63,533 nt of DNA from the IMG/VR virus record IMGVR_UViG_3300020430_000014, positions 1-63,533 of that record. One strand, 5' to 3'. The notes beneath the pieces are model-generated. The model ran no database searches, was not told where the DNA came from, and worked only from the letters and a program-made list of their open reading frames with translations. The position numbers and the translations under genes were made by a program. Shown here in pieces: positions 9,898-19,664 of the stretch. This DNA is from a virus. Taxonomy: Duplodnaviria > Caudoviricetes. Position 1 is the stretch's first letter; the number at the start of each line of letters is the position of its first letter.

Positions 9898-10607
9898 GGA
9901 AGAGGAGAGCAGTAATAGATGATCTTGTAGAGCAGTATGGTGATTACTGCTCTACTTTTACTTTTAAGTTGAGGTCTGGATTAGAAGGACAAATTCACAA
10001 AGAGGGATTTATTAATTGCTTCTGGAATAAGACTAGTAAATTAGTTTACATGCACATTGATAAGTGTGGAAGTACATCTGTATCCTCTGCACTAAAACTG
10101 CATTGTCCTAGGTTTATATCTCTTGATCTATTAAAGACGGATAAAGATCCAGATTATCTTGCAAAATATTTTGTTGAAAGTGGTCATACATTTTTTGCTG
10201 TAACAAGAGATCCTGCACAAAGATGGATCTCTGGACTCAATGAGTTTATGTGTAGATATAAACCACCTCTTGAATGGGTTGTTGGTCAGGTTGAGAAGGG
10301 CAAGTTTATTTTTGATGAACACACTGGTCCTCAAACAACATTCCTAAGATTGTGTCTTGAGAATCAAGGTAAAATTAAACTGATTAGGATGGAAGGGGAT
10401 CTCTCTGTAAAAGTAAACTTGTTTATGAAAAATAATACAGAAGATTATAAACCATTTCCAGTTCCTCACCTTAGGGATTCTAAGTATTTTACTCCCAATT
10501 ACAAACCGTTGTGTGCTAAGATATATAATGAGTATGTAGAACCAAACAACAAAGAGTTTTTGGATCTTTATGAATCGGATTATGAATTGTACGCAAAAGG
10601 TATCTGA
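9894..10607 (+). CDS. sulfotransferase (Sulfotransfer_2-like)
   Basis: PAPS-binding motifs YMHIDKCGSTS and RDPAQRWISG. Confidence 0.75.
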   Translation: MRKRRAVIDDLVEQYGDYCSTFTFKLRSGLEGQIHKEGFINCFWNKTSKLVYMHIDKCGSTSVSSALKLHCPRFISLDLLKTDKDPDYLAKYFVESGHTFFAVTRDPAQRWISGLNEFMCRYKPPLEWVVGQVEKGKFIFDEHTGPQTTFLRLCLENQGKIKLIRMEGDLSVKVNLFMKNNTEDYKPFPVPHLRDSKYFTPNYKPLCAKIYNEYVEPNNKEFLDLYESDYELYAKGI

Positions 10608-11196
10608 CCCCTTCCATTCTGTCGAGAGGTTTGAAGATACGATAGCGAATTTTTATGGTGCCAAGTATGGTATTGCCACTGACTGCTGTACTCATGCAAT
10701 TGAATTGTGTTTAAGATATGAAGGATACGACAGAATAACATTACCAGAGCATACTTATATTTCTATTCCAATGACCTGCAAGAAACTTGGTCTTGATTGG
10801 AGATTTGATAATATTCAGTGGTATGATCAATACCATCTTGGCGGTACTAATATTATTGACGGTGCAGTTTTGTGGAGACCAAATTCATATGTCTCTGGAA
10901 CTTATTTGTGTTTGAGTTTTCAATATAGGAAGCATCTATCTTTGGGTAGAGGTGGAATGATTCTGACAGATGATGATTATGCTGCGGAACAGTTGCGGAT
11001 GATGACCTATGATGGACGTAAGAAGTATGTTCCTTGGGGTGATCAAAATATTAGTGTTATGGGGTATCACTACTATATGACTCCAGAGACTGCAGAGAGA
11101 GGACTTGAGGCATTTGACGAAGTAAAAGATTCATTCCCTCTTGCAATGAGTTATAAAGATTATCCATATCTTCCTGACATGAGTATTTTTAAATGA
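10582..11196 (+). CDS. DegT/DnrJ/StrS-family PLP aminotransferase, short form
   Basis: FEDTIANFYGAKYGIA, LSFQYRKHLSLGRGGMILTDD (PLP lysine), GYHYYM. Confidence 0.85.
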   Translation: MNCTQKVSDPFHSVERFEDTIANFYGAKYGIATDCCTHAIELCLRYEGYDRITLPEHTYISIPMTCKKLGLDWRFDNIQWYDQYHLGGTNIIDGAVLWRPNSYVSGTYLCLSFQYRKHLSLGRGGMILTDDDYAAEQLRMMTYDGRKKYVPWGDQNISVMGYHYYMTPETAERGLEAFDEVKDSFPLAMSYKDYPYLPDMSIFK

Positions 11197-12056
11197 ATAA
11201 ACTGAAGGGACTTCCTCCCATCATGTACTTGAATTTGGATCATAGGACTGATAGGAAGGAACACATTGAAGGTCAATTTAAAAAGTGGGGCATTACTGAT
11301 TTTACTCGGTGGTCTGCTTCCAGATTTTCCACTAAAAAAATTGATGAGTGGGGTCATAAGTTAGACTTGATGCTCCTTGCTCCATCTGACGCATCAATTG
11401 TAATGAATGAATTTACAATGATGATTGAGTGGTATGAATCTGGTATATCTGAGAACCTGCTCATCATTCAGGATGATTTGTGTTTTGATCTTGTTGAGTA
11501 TTGGCCATTTGACTGGGAGACAATAATGAAGAGTCTTCCATACAATTGGGAGATTGTTCAGTTTTACCACTGCCATGATTATCAAATCAAGATGCATCTT
11601 CATCCTAGACAGTGGCATAGTTCTTCCGCTGCTATCTTTATGGTCAACAGATCTTTTGTTGAGAAGTTGATGAAGATACACCTTCAACCTGATGGATCTT
11701 TTAAGTTGGATCAAAGTCTTAGAGATCTTCAGGTTCCTAGAGAGTCTTATAGTAGTGATGACTTTTTGATTTATCAGGTCGGTAAATCTTATTCTCTTCC
11801 TCTTTTAACTTTGGATCCTAAGTTAGCAGTAGCACAAGACAATAAACAACAGTCAGATTCAGATTACGATCCGATCATTGCTGTTTATCATAATAAAATA
11901 TATGATATTCTTGCCACTTCTTGTATTAAAAAATGGTGGGAAGAAAAGAGTTCTGGATATTCGGCGGAAGATATTTTATCTTGGGGTGATGCAATTCACG
12001 AAACTATGTTGATTCAATTACCTCGATATGATTACGTAGATCAGAACCATGAGTAA
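11193..12056 (+). CDS. glycosyltransferase family 25-like, paralog 1
   Basis: YLNLDHRTDRK, IIQDD, LPYNWEIVQF. Confidence 0.8.
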   Translation: MNKLKGLPPIMYLNLDHRTDRKEHIEGQFKKWGITDFTRWSASRFSTKKIDEWGHKLDLMLLAPSDASIVMNEFTMMIEWYESGISENLLIIQDDLCFDLVEYWPFDWETIMKSLPYNWEIVQFYHCHDYQIKMHLHPRQWHSSSAAIFMVNRSFVEKLMKIHLQPDGSFKLDQSLRDLQVPRESYSSDDFLIYQVGKSYSLPLLTLDPKLAVAQDNKQQSDSDYDPIIAVYHNKIYDILATSCIKKWWEEKSSGYSAEDILSWGDAIHETMLIQLPRYDYVDQNHE

Positions 12057-12909
12057 TAATTCTAATACAGATGCCTCTTTAAAACTGAGGGGAATTCCTA
12101 AGATCATCTACAGGAATCATGACAGTGATGTAGAGAATAAAAAAGAAATTGAGAGTCAGTTCTTATCTAGGAATATTGTCGATTATCAGAGACACTCCAA
12201 TAAATATCATGAAGTCGATTATGCCGATTGGTCTGGCATGATTCTTGATAAGGGTTTGGTTAGAACTCCTGATGAGTATGCAGAGTCTCTCAATATTATT
12301 GACGCTATTGTTCAGTGGTATGATTCCGAATCCTCTGAGGTTTGTATATTTACAGATGATTATATAGACTTATCTTTATGTGATTCGTGGATGTTTGATT
12401 GGCAGTTTTTATATCATCATCTTCCATACAATTGGGATTGTATTCAGTTAGGAGTCTCATCCACTAGATTTATTAAGATGCATCTCCATCCTTGGATTCC
12501 AAGTAATAAGTCCATGCATTGTTTTATGATCAGTAGAACTTTTGCAAAGAGGTTGAAGAAGTTTCATTTTATTGATGGTAAATATAGATTATCGTATCCC
12601 TCACCAAATCGATCCTTACTGTTTACTGATTATGGATTGCTAGATGCATTTTTTTATGATATTGGGATAACTTACACACTTCCTGTATTTGCTCCTAGAG
12701 TGGTGGATAAGCATAGTCTTGCATATCAAATATCATCTGATGCAATAAAATATTGGTGGAAGCATAAATCTGCTAAGTTTTCTAATTTTGAATTCTTCCA
12801 TTATAATAAAGGTGATAAAGAATGGAAGATGGAAGTTTTATTTGATACTCAAGGTAGTAGACCAGAAGTATACATGGATCCTATGGAGGGGGTATTGTTA
12901 TGGATTTAG
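12049..12909 (+). CDS. GT25-like paralog 2 (divergent)
   Basis: IFTDDYID, LPYNWDCIQLG, KYWW; N-terminal NLD motif lost. Confidence 0.72.
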   Translation: MSNNSNTDASLKLRGIPKIIYRNHDSDVENKKEIESQFLSRNIVDYQRHSNKYHEVDYADWSGMILDKGLVRTPDEYAESLNIIDAIVQWYDSESSEVCIFTDDYIDLSLCDSWMFDWQFLYHHLPYNWDCIQLGVSSTRFIKMHLHPWIPSNKSMHCFMISRTFAKRLKKFHFIDGKYRLSYPSPNRSLLFTDYGLLDAFFYDIGITYTLPVFAPRVVDKHSLAYQISSDAIKYWWKHKSAKFSNFEFFHYNKGDKEWKMEVLFDTQGSRPEVYMDPMEGVLLWI

Positions 12910-13805
12910 ATAACAAACTAAAGGGATTTCCAAAAGTTCATTTCTTCAATCTTGATAATAGAACTGATCGAAGGGACTGGATGGTGGGTCAATTTGAACA
13001 CTATGGTATTGAATATGAACGTGTATCAGGAACAAAGTTTCTTGCTTCGGAGAGTAAGAAGTGGAAGCATCTTATAAAAGATATTGCAGATTACAAACTC
13101 CTAGTTCCCATAGCTGCAAATGCAGTAAGTCATCTTGACTTTCTAAAGAATTGGTATGCTACTTCTAAAGATCCATATGTTCTTCTAATGGAAGATGATT
13201 ATGATATTAGATTAATTGACTACTGGCATTTTGATTGGCAAACTCTATTGGATAGATTGCCTTATGACTGGGACTGTCTTCAAATGGGATTTGAGAACCC
13301 AGATGGAATGAGATTTCATTTACATCCTATTGAATCTGCACATGATTTTGGACCAGTTCTTTTAAAGCGTTCTTTTGTTGAGAAGTTGCTCGATCTTCAT
13401 TGTGTTGGAGATAAGTACAAATTAGTAAATACTGTTGCTAATGCTGCGTGGAATAGACAAACAGACGTTGCTGGTTCTGGAACCGTTGATTACTTTATGG
13501 TTCATACTGGTAGAACGTATTGTCTACCTTTAATTACCATCAATGCTAACTTTGGTAGTTTTGAAAACAATAGTATCATTCAAAAATTCTATAGAAGTGA
13601 AGGTGATATTCTTGCTAGGAATACTCAGTATTATTGGTGGCAGCATGAGAGAGATCGATATACTCTGGATGAGTTCTTTACCTATGGAACTTTTAGACAC
13701 GAATCGATGCGTTTAATGCCCAACGGATTCCGCACATATGACATCACTGGAAAGTCATATAAATTATATGGGGAATCATACCTTGAATTTTTTAGAGGAT
13801 CATGA
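12900..13805 (+). CDS. GT25-like paralog 3
   Basis: FNLDNRTDRR, SHLDFLK, LMEDDYD, LPYDWDCLQMG. Confidence 0.82.
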   Translation: MDLDNKLKGFPKVHFFNLDNRTDRRDWMVGQFEHYGIEYERVSGTKFLASESKKWKHLIKDIADYKLLVPIAANAVSHLDFLKNWYATSKDPYVLLMEDDYDIRLIDYWHFDWQTLLDRLPYDWDCLQMGFENPDGMRFHLHPIESAHDFGPVLLKRSFVEKLLDLHCVGDKYKLVNTVANAAWNRQTDVAGSGTVDYFMVHTGRTYCLPLITINANFGSFENNSIIQKFYRSEGDILARNTQYYWWQHERDRYTLDEFFTYGTFRHESMRLMPNGFRTYDITGKSYKLYGESYLEFFRGS

Positions 13806-14608
13806 ATTTACACGATAAGTTTGCTGGGGTTCCTACCTTTTATTATTTTAATTCCGATACAAGTGCTCCATTGCATAAGCACATGGAACGGAATTTGATC
13901 AATTTGAAGGTAAAGAATTATCAGAGGGTATCTACTTCCAAGTATACCAATTCCAATGTCAATGATTGGAAGGATTTGCTTGTTAATAGACCTAAGTATA
14001 AACTTCCAATTGCCACAGCAGGGTATTCAATATCAATTCTTGAATTCTTAAAAGATTGGTTCGATAATACTGAAGAGGATACATTAATCATTAGTAGAGA
14101 TACTATAGATTTTGGAATTGTAGAGCACCTGCATTTTGATTGGAGTTATTTAATGAGTAGACTCCCATATGATTGGGACTGTCTCATGCTGGGATTTGAG
14201 AATTTAAATTATATTCCATTCTATCTTCATCAAATTTTGCCAGCACATACATTTGGCACGGCACTTCTTAATCGGAGGTATGTAAAGAAGTTAATTAAAA
14301 TACATTGTGAGGGAGACAAATATAATCTGTCAAACTTCAGCGCCAATAAAAACTTTGGACTAGCTTCGGGAACACCAGATTATTTTATTGGACATTGTGG
14401 CAAAACTTACTGTGTACCAATATTTCCAAACCACACAGATTTCTTTGCTAAAGAGACTAAAAAATATCAACTTGTCAAAGCTTGTAGATTAGCTTACTAT
14501 GACTGGTGGAGGGGAGATAAAAAGAGATATCAGATAGATGAATTCTTTACTTACGGTAAGGCAAATGATAAGGGAATGTTGAAAAAACTCTCAACGTATG
14601 CACGATGA
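13802..14608 (+). CDS. GT25-like paralog 4 (acidic motif degenerate)
   Basis: LPYDWDCLMLG, GKTYC, YYDWW; ISRDTID in place of MEDDYD. Confidence 0.72.
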   Translation: MNLHDKFAGVPTFYYFNSDTSAPLHKHMERNLINLKVKNYQRVSTSKYTNSNVNDWKDLLVNRPKYKLPIATAGYSISILEFLKDWFDNTEEDTLIISRDTIDFGIVEHLHFDWSYLMSRLPYDWDCLMLGFENLNYIPFYLHQILPAHTFGTALLNRRYVKKLIKIHCEGDKYNLSNFSANKNFGLASGTPDYFIGHCGKTYCVPIFPNHTDFFAKETKKYQLVKACRLAYYDWWRGDKKRYQIDEFFTYGKANDKGMLKKLSTYAR

Positions 14609-15405
14609 ATTTTAATAATAGATTGAAGGGATTCCCTCATGTTCATTATGTAAATCTTGATAATCGAACTGACCGTAGAGATTACATGGAAGAGCAGTTT
14701 GATTATTGGAAGTTACCATCAACAAGAATATCAGGATCAAAATTCTTAGCATCAAATATTACGGACTGGATATCTGATTATATTGTTGGAACTGTAACTG
14801 GAGTGCCTGCATATGCGATTGGTAATGCAGTAACTCATCTTGAGTTTATGAAGAAGTGGATCAATACTAGTGATGATGAGTATCTTCTTTTGATGGAAGA
14901 TGATTATGATCTTAATTTATTTGAGTATTGGAACTTTGATTGGGAATATTTAATGTCTCGACTCCCATATGATTGGGACTGTGTGCAGTTGGGATTTGAA
15001 TCTACAGAATTCATACCATTTTTTCTACATCCAAAATTGAGACATTCGTACTTTGGTCCTGTTCTTTTACAGAGACATTATGTTGAAAAAATATTATCCT
15101 TGCATTGTTACAAAGATAAGTATAGACTGAATTGTCAGACTTCAATTCAGGGATTCAGTGGTAATGCAACTACTGTAGATTATTTTGTGGGTCACACTGG
15201 TAAGACATATTGTATTCCATTGATAACAACAAATACAAAACTACCTAGTGCAGAAAATAGTATTCAGATAAACAGACCACACCATGACAATTCTAGATAT
15301 GCTTACTATTATTGGTGGATGAAGAAGCATCTGAAATTCTCTCTAGATGAATTTTTTACGTTTGGAAAACCAAACGATCATAAAATGGTAATTTTAACAA
15401 CATGA
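14605..15405 (+). CDS. GT25-like paralog 5
   Basis: YVNLDNRTDRR, THLEFMK, LMEDDYD, LPYDWDCVQLG. Confidence 0.82.
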   Translation: MNFNNRLKGFPHVHYVNLDNRTDRRDYMEEQFDYWKLPSTRISGSKFLASNITDWISDYIVGTVTGVPAYAIGNAVTHLEFMKKWINTSDDEYLLLMEDDYDLNLFEYWNFDWEYLMSRLPYDWDCVQLGFESTEFIPFFLHPKLRHSYFGPVLLQRHYVEKILSLHCYKDKYRLNCQTSIQGFSGNATTVDYFVGHTGKTYCIPLITTNTKLPSAENSIQINRPHHDNSRYAYYYWWMKKHLKFSLDEFFTFGKPNDHKMVILTT

Positions 15406-16367
15406 CTTCAACAAATGAATGGGATCAACTTAAAAAAGTAATTGTTGGTGTCGCTGACTTTGCAAGAATACCTGAGATGGATAAAAGTCTTAGGACAATT
15501 AACTATGCTGATAGAGATCAAGTTGATTCAGTAAAAACTGGACCATATCCTCAGAAAGTTATCGATGAAGCTAATGAAGACCTTGAGACCTTCTGTGAAT
15601 TCTTGCGTGGGGAGAGTGTAGAAGTCCTGAGACCAAATAGAGAACCAACTGATTACTATAATTATTGTCCTAGGGATTCAGTATTCATTCATGGAGATCT
15701 TGTTGTAGCAACTCCACAACCATTAAGATCGAGAGTAGGTAATTGGAGGTCATTCAAGCACCATCTCAAAAATGTTGTGGAGATGCCATGCTCATATCAT
15801 GATGGATTATATAATGAACGATGTATTGGTAATCCAGATATACTTGCTCTTACTGAACTGACACCTGCATTTGATGCAGCTAATGCAATTAGGGCAAATG
15901 AAGATGTTCTGTATTTACAGTCTAATAGTGGTAACGCTGCAGGAGCACATCTACTTCAAAGTCTTTTGAATTCTGATGCACATGTATCTATAGTTAAAGA
16001 TATCTATACATATGTTCACATAGATACTACCATTGCATTCTTGAGAGAGGGATTGATGATGGTTAATCCCACTAGAGTTACTGATCCTAGGAAGCAGTTA
16101 CCTCATCCTTTTAATATGTGGGAGATTATTGCAGCACCTGATCCAATTGACATAGGATATTATCCTGGGTATAATAATGCTTCGGAGTGGTGCAACATGA
16201 ATTTATTCAGCGTGTCACCTAATCTGGTTGCTCTTGAAGAACATCAGCATCCAACTAGACGAATATTGGAAACATATGGAATTGAGTGTGCTATGCTGCC
16301 TATGAGGCATCAAAGAACTCTTAGTGGAGGATTCCACTGCGTAACATTAGACTTGGAGAGAGAATGA
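15402..16367 (+). CDS. amidinotransferase (StrB1 / glycine amidinotransferase family)
   Basis: NEWDQLKKVIVG, CPRD, FDAAN, HIDTT, GGFHCVTLD (catalytic Cys). Confidence 0.9.
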   Translation: MTSTNEWDQLKKVIVGVADFARIPEMDKSLRTINYADRDQVDSVKTGPYPQKVIDEANEDLETFCEFLRGESVEVLRPNREPTDYYNYCPRDSVFIHGDLVVATPQPLRSRVGNWRSFKHHLKNVVEMPCSYHDGLYNERCIGNPDILALTELTPAFDAANAIRANEDVLYLQSNSGNAAGAHLLQSLLNSDAHVSIVKDIYTYVHIDTTIAFLREGLMMVNPTRVTDPRKQLPHPFNMWEIIAAPDPIDIGYYPGYNNASEWCNMNLFSVSPNLVALEEHQHPTRRILETYGIECAMLPMRHQRTLSGGFHCVTLDLERE

Positions 16368-17725
16368 ACATAGGATTTATTGGCACAGGGAAACTTGGGG
16401 GACCAGTATCAGAAGCAATGGCCGAATCTGGCAATCAAATATATGCTTATGATCCTGCTGGTGGAGAGAATCTTACTGCAACTAAACTCAAAAGTGGTGG
16501 ATCTAGAAAGTATTACAAATCCATCAAGAGTGTTGTTCAAAAGTCTACTATAGTTTTTGTTGCCGTTCCTACACCTCATAGTGAAGAGTATGATGGTAGT
16601 CTTCCATGCATGGATTTAGAACCAAAGGATTTTGATTACACTATACTCAAAGAAGTTCTTACCGAAGTTAACAAATATGCGTCATTACAGCAGCAGGTAG
16701 TTTTGATCTCTACTGTTCTTCCTGGAACTATTAGAGAACAACTTCTTCCCTTGGTGCCAAATTGTACTCTCATTTACAATCCATATCTTATTGCTATGGG
16801 TACAGTAAAGGATGACTTTAAAAATCCAGAGATGATAATGATTGGAACTGAGAATGGTTTATCTACAGATAACATTTTGTTCAGGTCATTACTTAAATTG
16901 TATTTGGGTTGCACAGAAATTATACCTAGAGGTAAAGCAAGAATAGAGGATTGCGAGAGAAATGTAACGGAAAAAGACCCAGAGTTTTTAAGTAAGTTTG
17001 TTACAGGAACTTATGAAGAGATGGAATGCGTTAAAGTCTTTTATAACACATTCATTAGTAGTAAAATCTCTTTTGTAAATATGATTCAAGACGTTGCAGA
17101 ACGTCAAGGGAACATTGATGTTGATGTTGTAACTAACGCTCTCACTAGTGCATCTACTAGGATTATTAGTCCTGCATATATGAAGGCGGGAATGGGTGAT
17201 GGTGGAGCATGTCACCCTAGAGATAATATTGCCCTAAGGTATCTGTCTCAAAAATTAGATTTGGGATATGATATTTTTGAGTCTGTAATGCGATCTAGAG
17301 AACAACAGGCAAAAAATCTTGCCGAGTTCCTGGTCAAACTTGCAGAGACTTGTAGAAGTCCCATTGTCATTCATGGTAAAGCATACAAACCAAAAGTGCC
17401 TTATGTTGATGGTAGTTACAGTCTCTTGGTTGGACATTACATTGAACAGCTTGGTGAGAGGGTTCGATATGTTGATCCATATACTGGCGACAAGTGGAGT
17501 GGTCCAGCAGTCTTCTTACTTGCTCATAGCGTGAGTACAACTTATAGGTATTGGGATAAACAGAATACTGGAGATGAAGTCTATTGTGACTTCCCATTTG
17601 GTAGTGTTATTGTTGATCCTTGGAGGAAGTTCAAGGCACCAGATGATGAACCATTGGAAGTAATTTATTACGGGAATACTAGAGGTAAAGCAGATCATGA
17701 CTCTCAGCAAAATAACACTATTTGA
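16364..17725 (+). CDS. UDP-glucose/GDP-mannose dehydrogenase family protein
   Basis: GxGxxG (IGTGKLG), VAVPTP, KVFYNTF, GDGGACHPRD. Confidence 0.9.
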   Translation: MNIGFIGTGKLGGPVSEAMAESGNQIYAYDPAGGENLTATKLKSGGSRKYYKSIKSVVQKSTIVFVAVPTPHSEEYDGSLPCMDLEPKDFDYTILKEVLTEVNKYASLQQQVVLISTVLPGTIREQLLPLVPNCTLIYNPYLIAMGTVKDDFKNPEMIMIGTENGLSTDNILFRSLLKLYLGCTEIIPRGKARIEDCERNVTEKDPEFLSKFVTGTYEEMECVKVFYNTFISSKISFVNMIQDVAERQGNIDVDVVTNALTSASTRIISPAYMKAGMGDGGACHPRDNIALRYLSQKLDLGYDIFESVMRSREQQAKNLAEFLVKLAETCRSPIVIHGKAYKPKVPYVDGSYSLLVGHYIEQLGERVRYVDPYTGDKWSGPAVFLLAHSVSTTYRYWDKQNTGDEVYCDFPFGSVIVDPWRKFKAPDDEPLEVIYYGNTRGKADHDSQQNNTI

Positions 17726-18251
17726 GATATCTTCATTTAGATATTCTATTCCAAATTGGGAAGAGAAGAAAGCAAAACTGGTAAAAATGTTGGATAGTGT
17801 GGAGTATGAATGGCATATGTGCTCCACAGATTTTTATACATCTGATGGTAGAGCACCCTATTTTGATGAGTGGTATTCAATCATGAAAAATGATCTGGAT
17901 AATGTTCTTCCGCACCTTGGACTACATTATCATCCAAAAGAATTTTGGCATTTGTGGTCACAAGAGTATAGAGGAAATGAATTCCATGGTCCTCACAATC
18001 ATGGAAATGCTGTCTTGTCTGCAGTTTTATACTTGGATCTTCATCCAATGGAACATGGTGGAACAACATTCTATGCTCCTTTTGTGGAACCACTTATTGG
18101 AACAGTTGCTGACGTAACAGCACAAGTTAATGAAGGAGATATTTTGTTCTTCCCTGGAACCCTTCTTCATGAAGCTAGAGCAACCCTCTCTGAAAAAAAG
18201 AGGAAGATTATATCTTTTAATATTCCAATTAAACTGTTTAACCCATGCTAG
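17697..18251 (+). CDS. 2OG-Fe(II) oxygenase
   Basis: PHNHG..LSAVLYL, FFPGTLLHE, RKIISFN. Confidence 0.82.
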   Translation: MTLSKITLFEISSFRYSIPNWEEKKAKLVKMLDSVEYEWHMCSTDFYTSDGRAPYFDEWYSIMKNDLDNVLPHLGLHYHPKEFWHLWSQEYRGNEFHGPHNHGNAVLSAVLYLDLHPMEHGGTTFYAPFVEPLIGTVADVTAQVNEGDILFFPGTLLHEARATLSEKKRKIISFNIPIKLFNPC

Positions 18252-18784
18252 GAGTCAAAGATTTATTTTCGATTAAGATTATAAAGTATTCTATATTAGA
18301 TTGGGAAAGTAAAAAACCAAAACTTCTTGAGATGATTGATAAATCTCATAGTGCATGGAATGAATGTGATACAGATTACTTTACTAGTAATGGAAGAGCA
18401 CCTTACTTTGATGAGTGGTACTCTCTTTTAGAGGAAGATTTAAATGAAATAAGATCTAAAGTTCCATTACCATTTAAAGGACCAGAAGAGTGGCAACTTT
18501 GGTCACAGACATATAATAAAGGTGATTATCACTCTCTTCATAATCATGGATTGGGTAATATGTCCGCTGTGCTACATGTTGAATTTGATCCAGAGGAACA
18601 TATGTCAACGACTTTTTGTTCTCCATTCCCAGATCCATTTTTTGGTAGAATAGAGACTTTGGGTTTGACTGATGTTCAGGAAGGTGATATTGTACTGTTC
18701 CCTGCGATGCTTGGTCATGAGTGTAGGGTTCAGCAATCCAGCAAACCAAGAAAAATAATGTCATTCAATATTCCTATTGGATAG
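18245..18784 (+). CDS. 2OG-Fe(II) oxygenase, tandem paralog of the previous gene
   Basis: LHNHG, LFPAMLGHE, RKIMSFN; shares GRAPYFDEWYS with 17697. Confidence 0.82.
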   Translation: MLGVKDLFSIKIIKYSILDWESKKPKLLEMIDKSHSAWNECDTDYFTSNGRAPYFDEWYSLLEEDLNEIRSKVPLPFKGPEEWQLWSQTYNKGDYHSLHNHGLGNMSAVLHVEFDPEEHMSTTFCSPFPDPFFGRIETLGLTDVQEGDIVLFPAMLGHECRVQQSSKPRKIMSFNIPIG

Positions 18785-18832
18785 ACAATTTGTCAGTTTT
18801 AGAGTAAACTACTAGTAAATTAAATTAAAATT

Positions 18833-19237
18833 ATGACTGTTGATACTGAAAAGTATGTCGAGTTCGTCAAGCAAACCACCAGTGCTCCTAGTCTGGACTA
18901 TCCTGTAATGTCTGCTCGTCTTAGTGAACTTGAGGCGAATGGTGCTAATGTGACTCAAATGATGACCGCTGCTTTTGGTCTGTCTGCTGAAGCAGGTGAG
19001 TTTACTGAAGTTGTCAAGAAAATTGTCTTCCAGGGCAAACCTTACAATGAAGAAAATGTATTTCACATGAAGCGTGAACTTGGAGATATTATGTGGTATG
19101 TGTCTCAGGCATGTATGGCACTAGATATCAGTATCGAAGAGGTCATTCAAATGAACTTTGAAAAACTTAGTGCTCGTTATCCTGAGGGTGCGTTCAGTAT
19201 TGATCGCTCTGAGAATCGTGTGGAGGGAGATCTATGA
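18833..19237 (+). CDS. mazG: MazG nucleotide pyrophosphohydrolase
   Basis: GLSAEAGEFTEVVKK, RELGDIMWY, KLSARYP. Confidence 0.93.
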   Translation: MTVDTEKYVEFVKQTTSAPSLDYPVMSARLSELEANGANVTQMMTAAFGLSAEAGEFTEVVKKIVFQGKPYNEENVFHMKRELGDIMWYVSQACMALDISIEEVIQMNFEKLSARYPEGAFSIDRSENRVEGDL

Positions 19238-19473
19238 AGGATCTTAAAATTCCATTCGCCATTGTATCCTTCCTGTTGGTTCAGGGAGCGGGTGCAGTAT
19301 GGTGGGCATCTCAAGTTGACGGAAGAGTCAGAACTCTTGAATCTGAGAGTTTAAATATTGCTAGAGAAAACCGTAGGTACATCGAACAAGTAATTCAACC
19401 ATCCTACGGGATCAGTAAAAATTGGAACAATCAATACCACAATGAGTGGGTACTAAAAGGAGGATGGAAATGA
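19234..19473 (+). CDS. hypothetical membrane-anchored protein
   Basis: N-terminal hydrophobic segment; ATGA coupling. Confidence 0.6.
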   Translation: MKDLKIPFAIVSFLLVQGAGAVWWASQVDGRVRTLESESLNIARENRRYIEQVIQPSYGISKNWNNQYHNEWVLKGGWK

Positions 19474-19640
19474 TTAACATTGAATTGGATGTAGTTACAG
19501 CAGCAACAGTTCGGGATGCTTTGTTCCGTTCTACGGCACAAGATAGTTATGAGTTCCCCTCTCAGAGAACTGCTGCAATTCGTGAGGCAATCGTGGCTTT
19601 GGATAAGGAAATTGAAAAGGTAGTTAGTGCTGAATCATAA
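19470..19640 (+). CDS. hypothetical protein
   Basis: ATG after GGAGG, coupled to the previous stop. Confidence 0.6.
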   Translation: MINIELDVVTAATVRDALFRSTAQDSYEFPSQRTAAIREAIVALDKEIEKVVSAES

Positions 19641-19664
19641 ATATAGAGAGTCTGGCATATTGTA

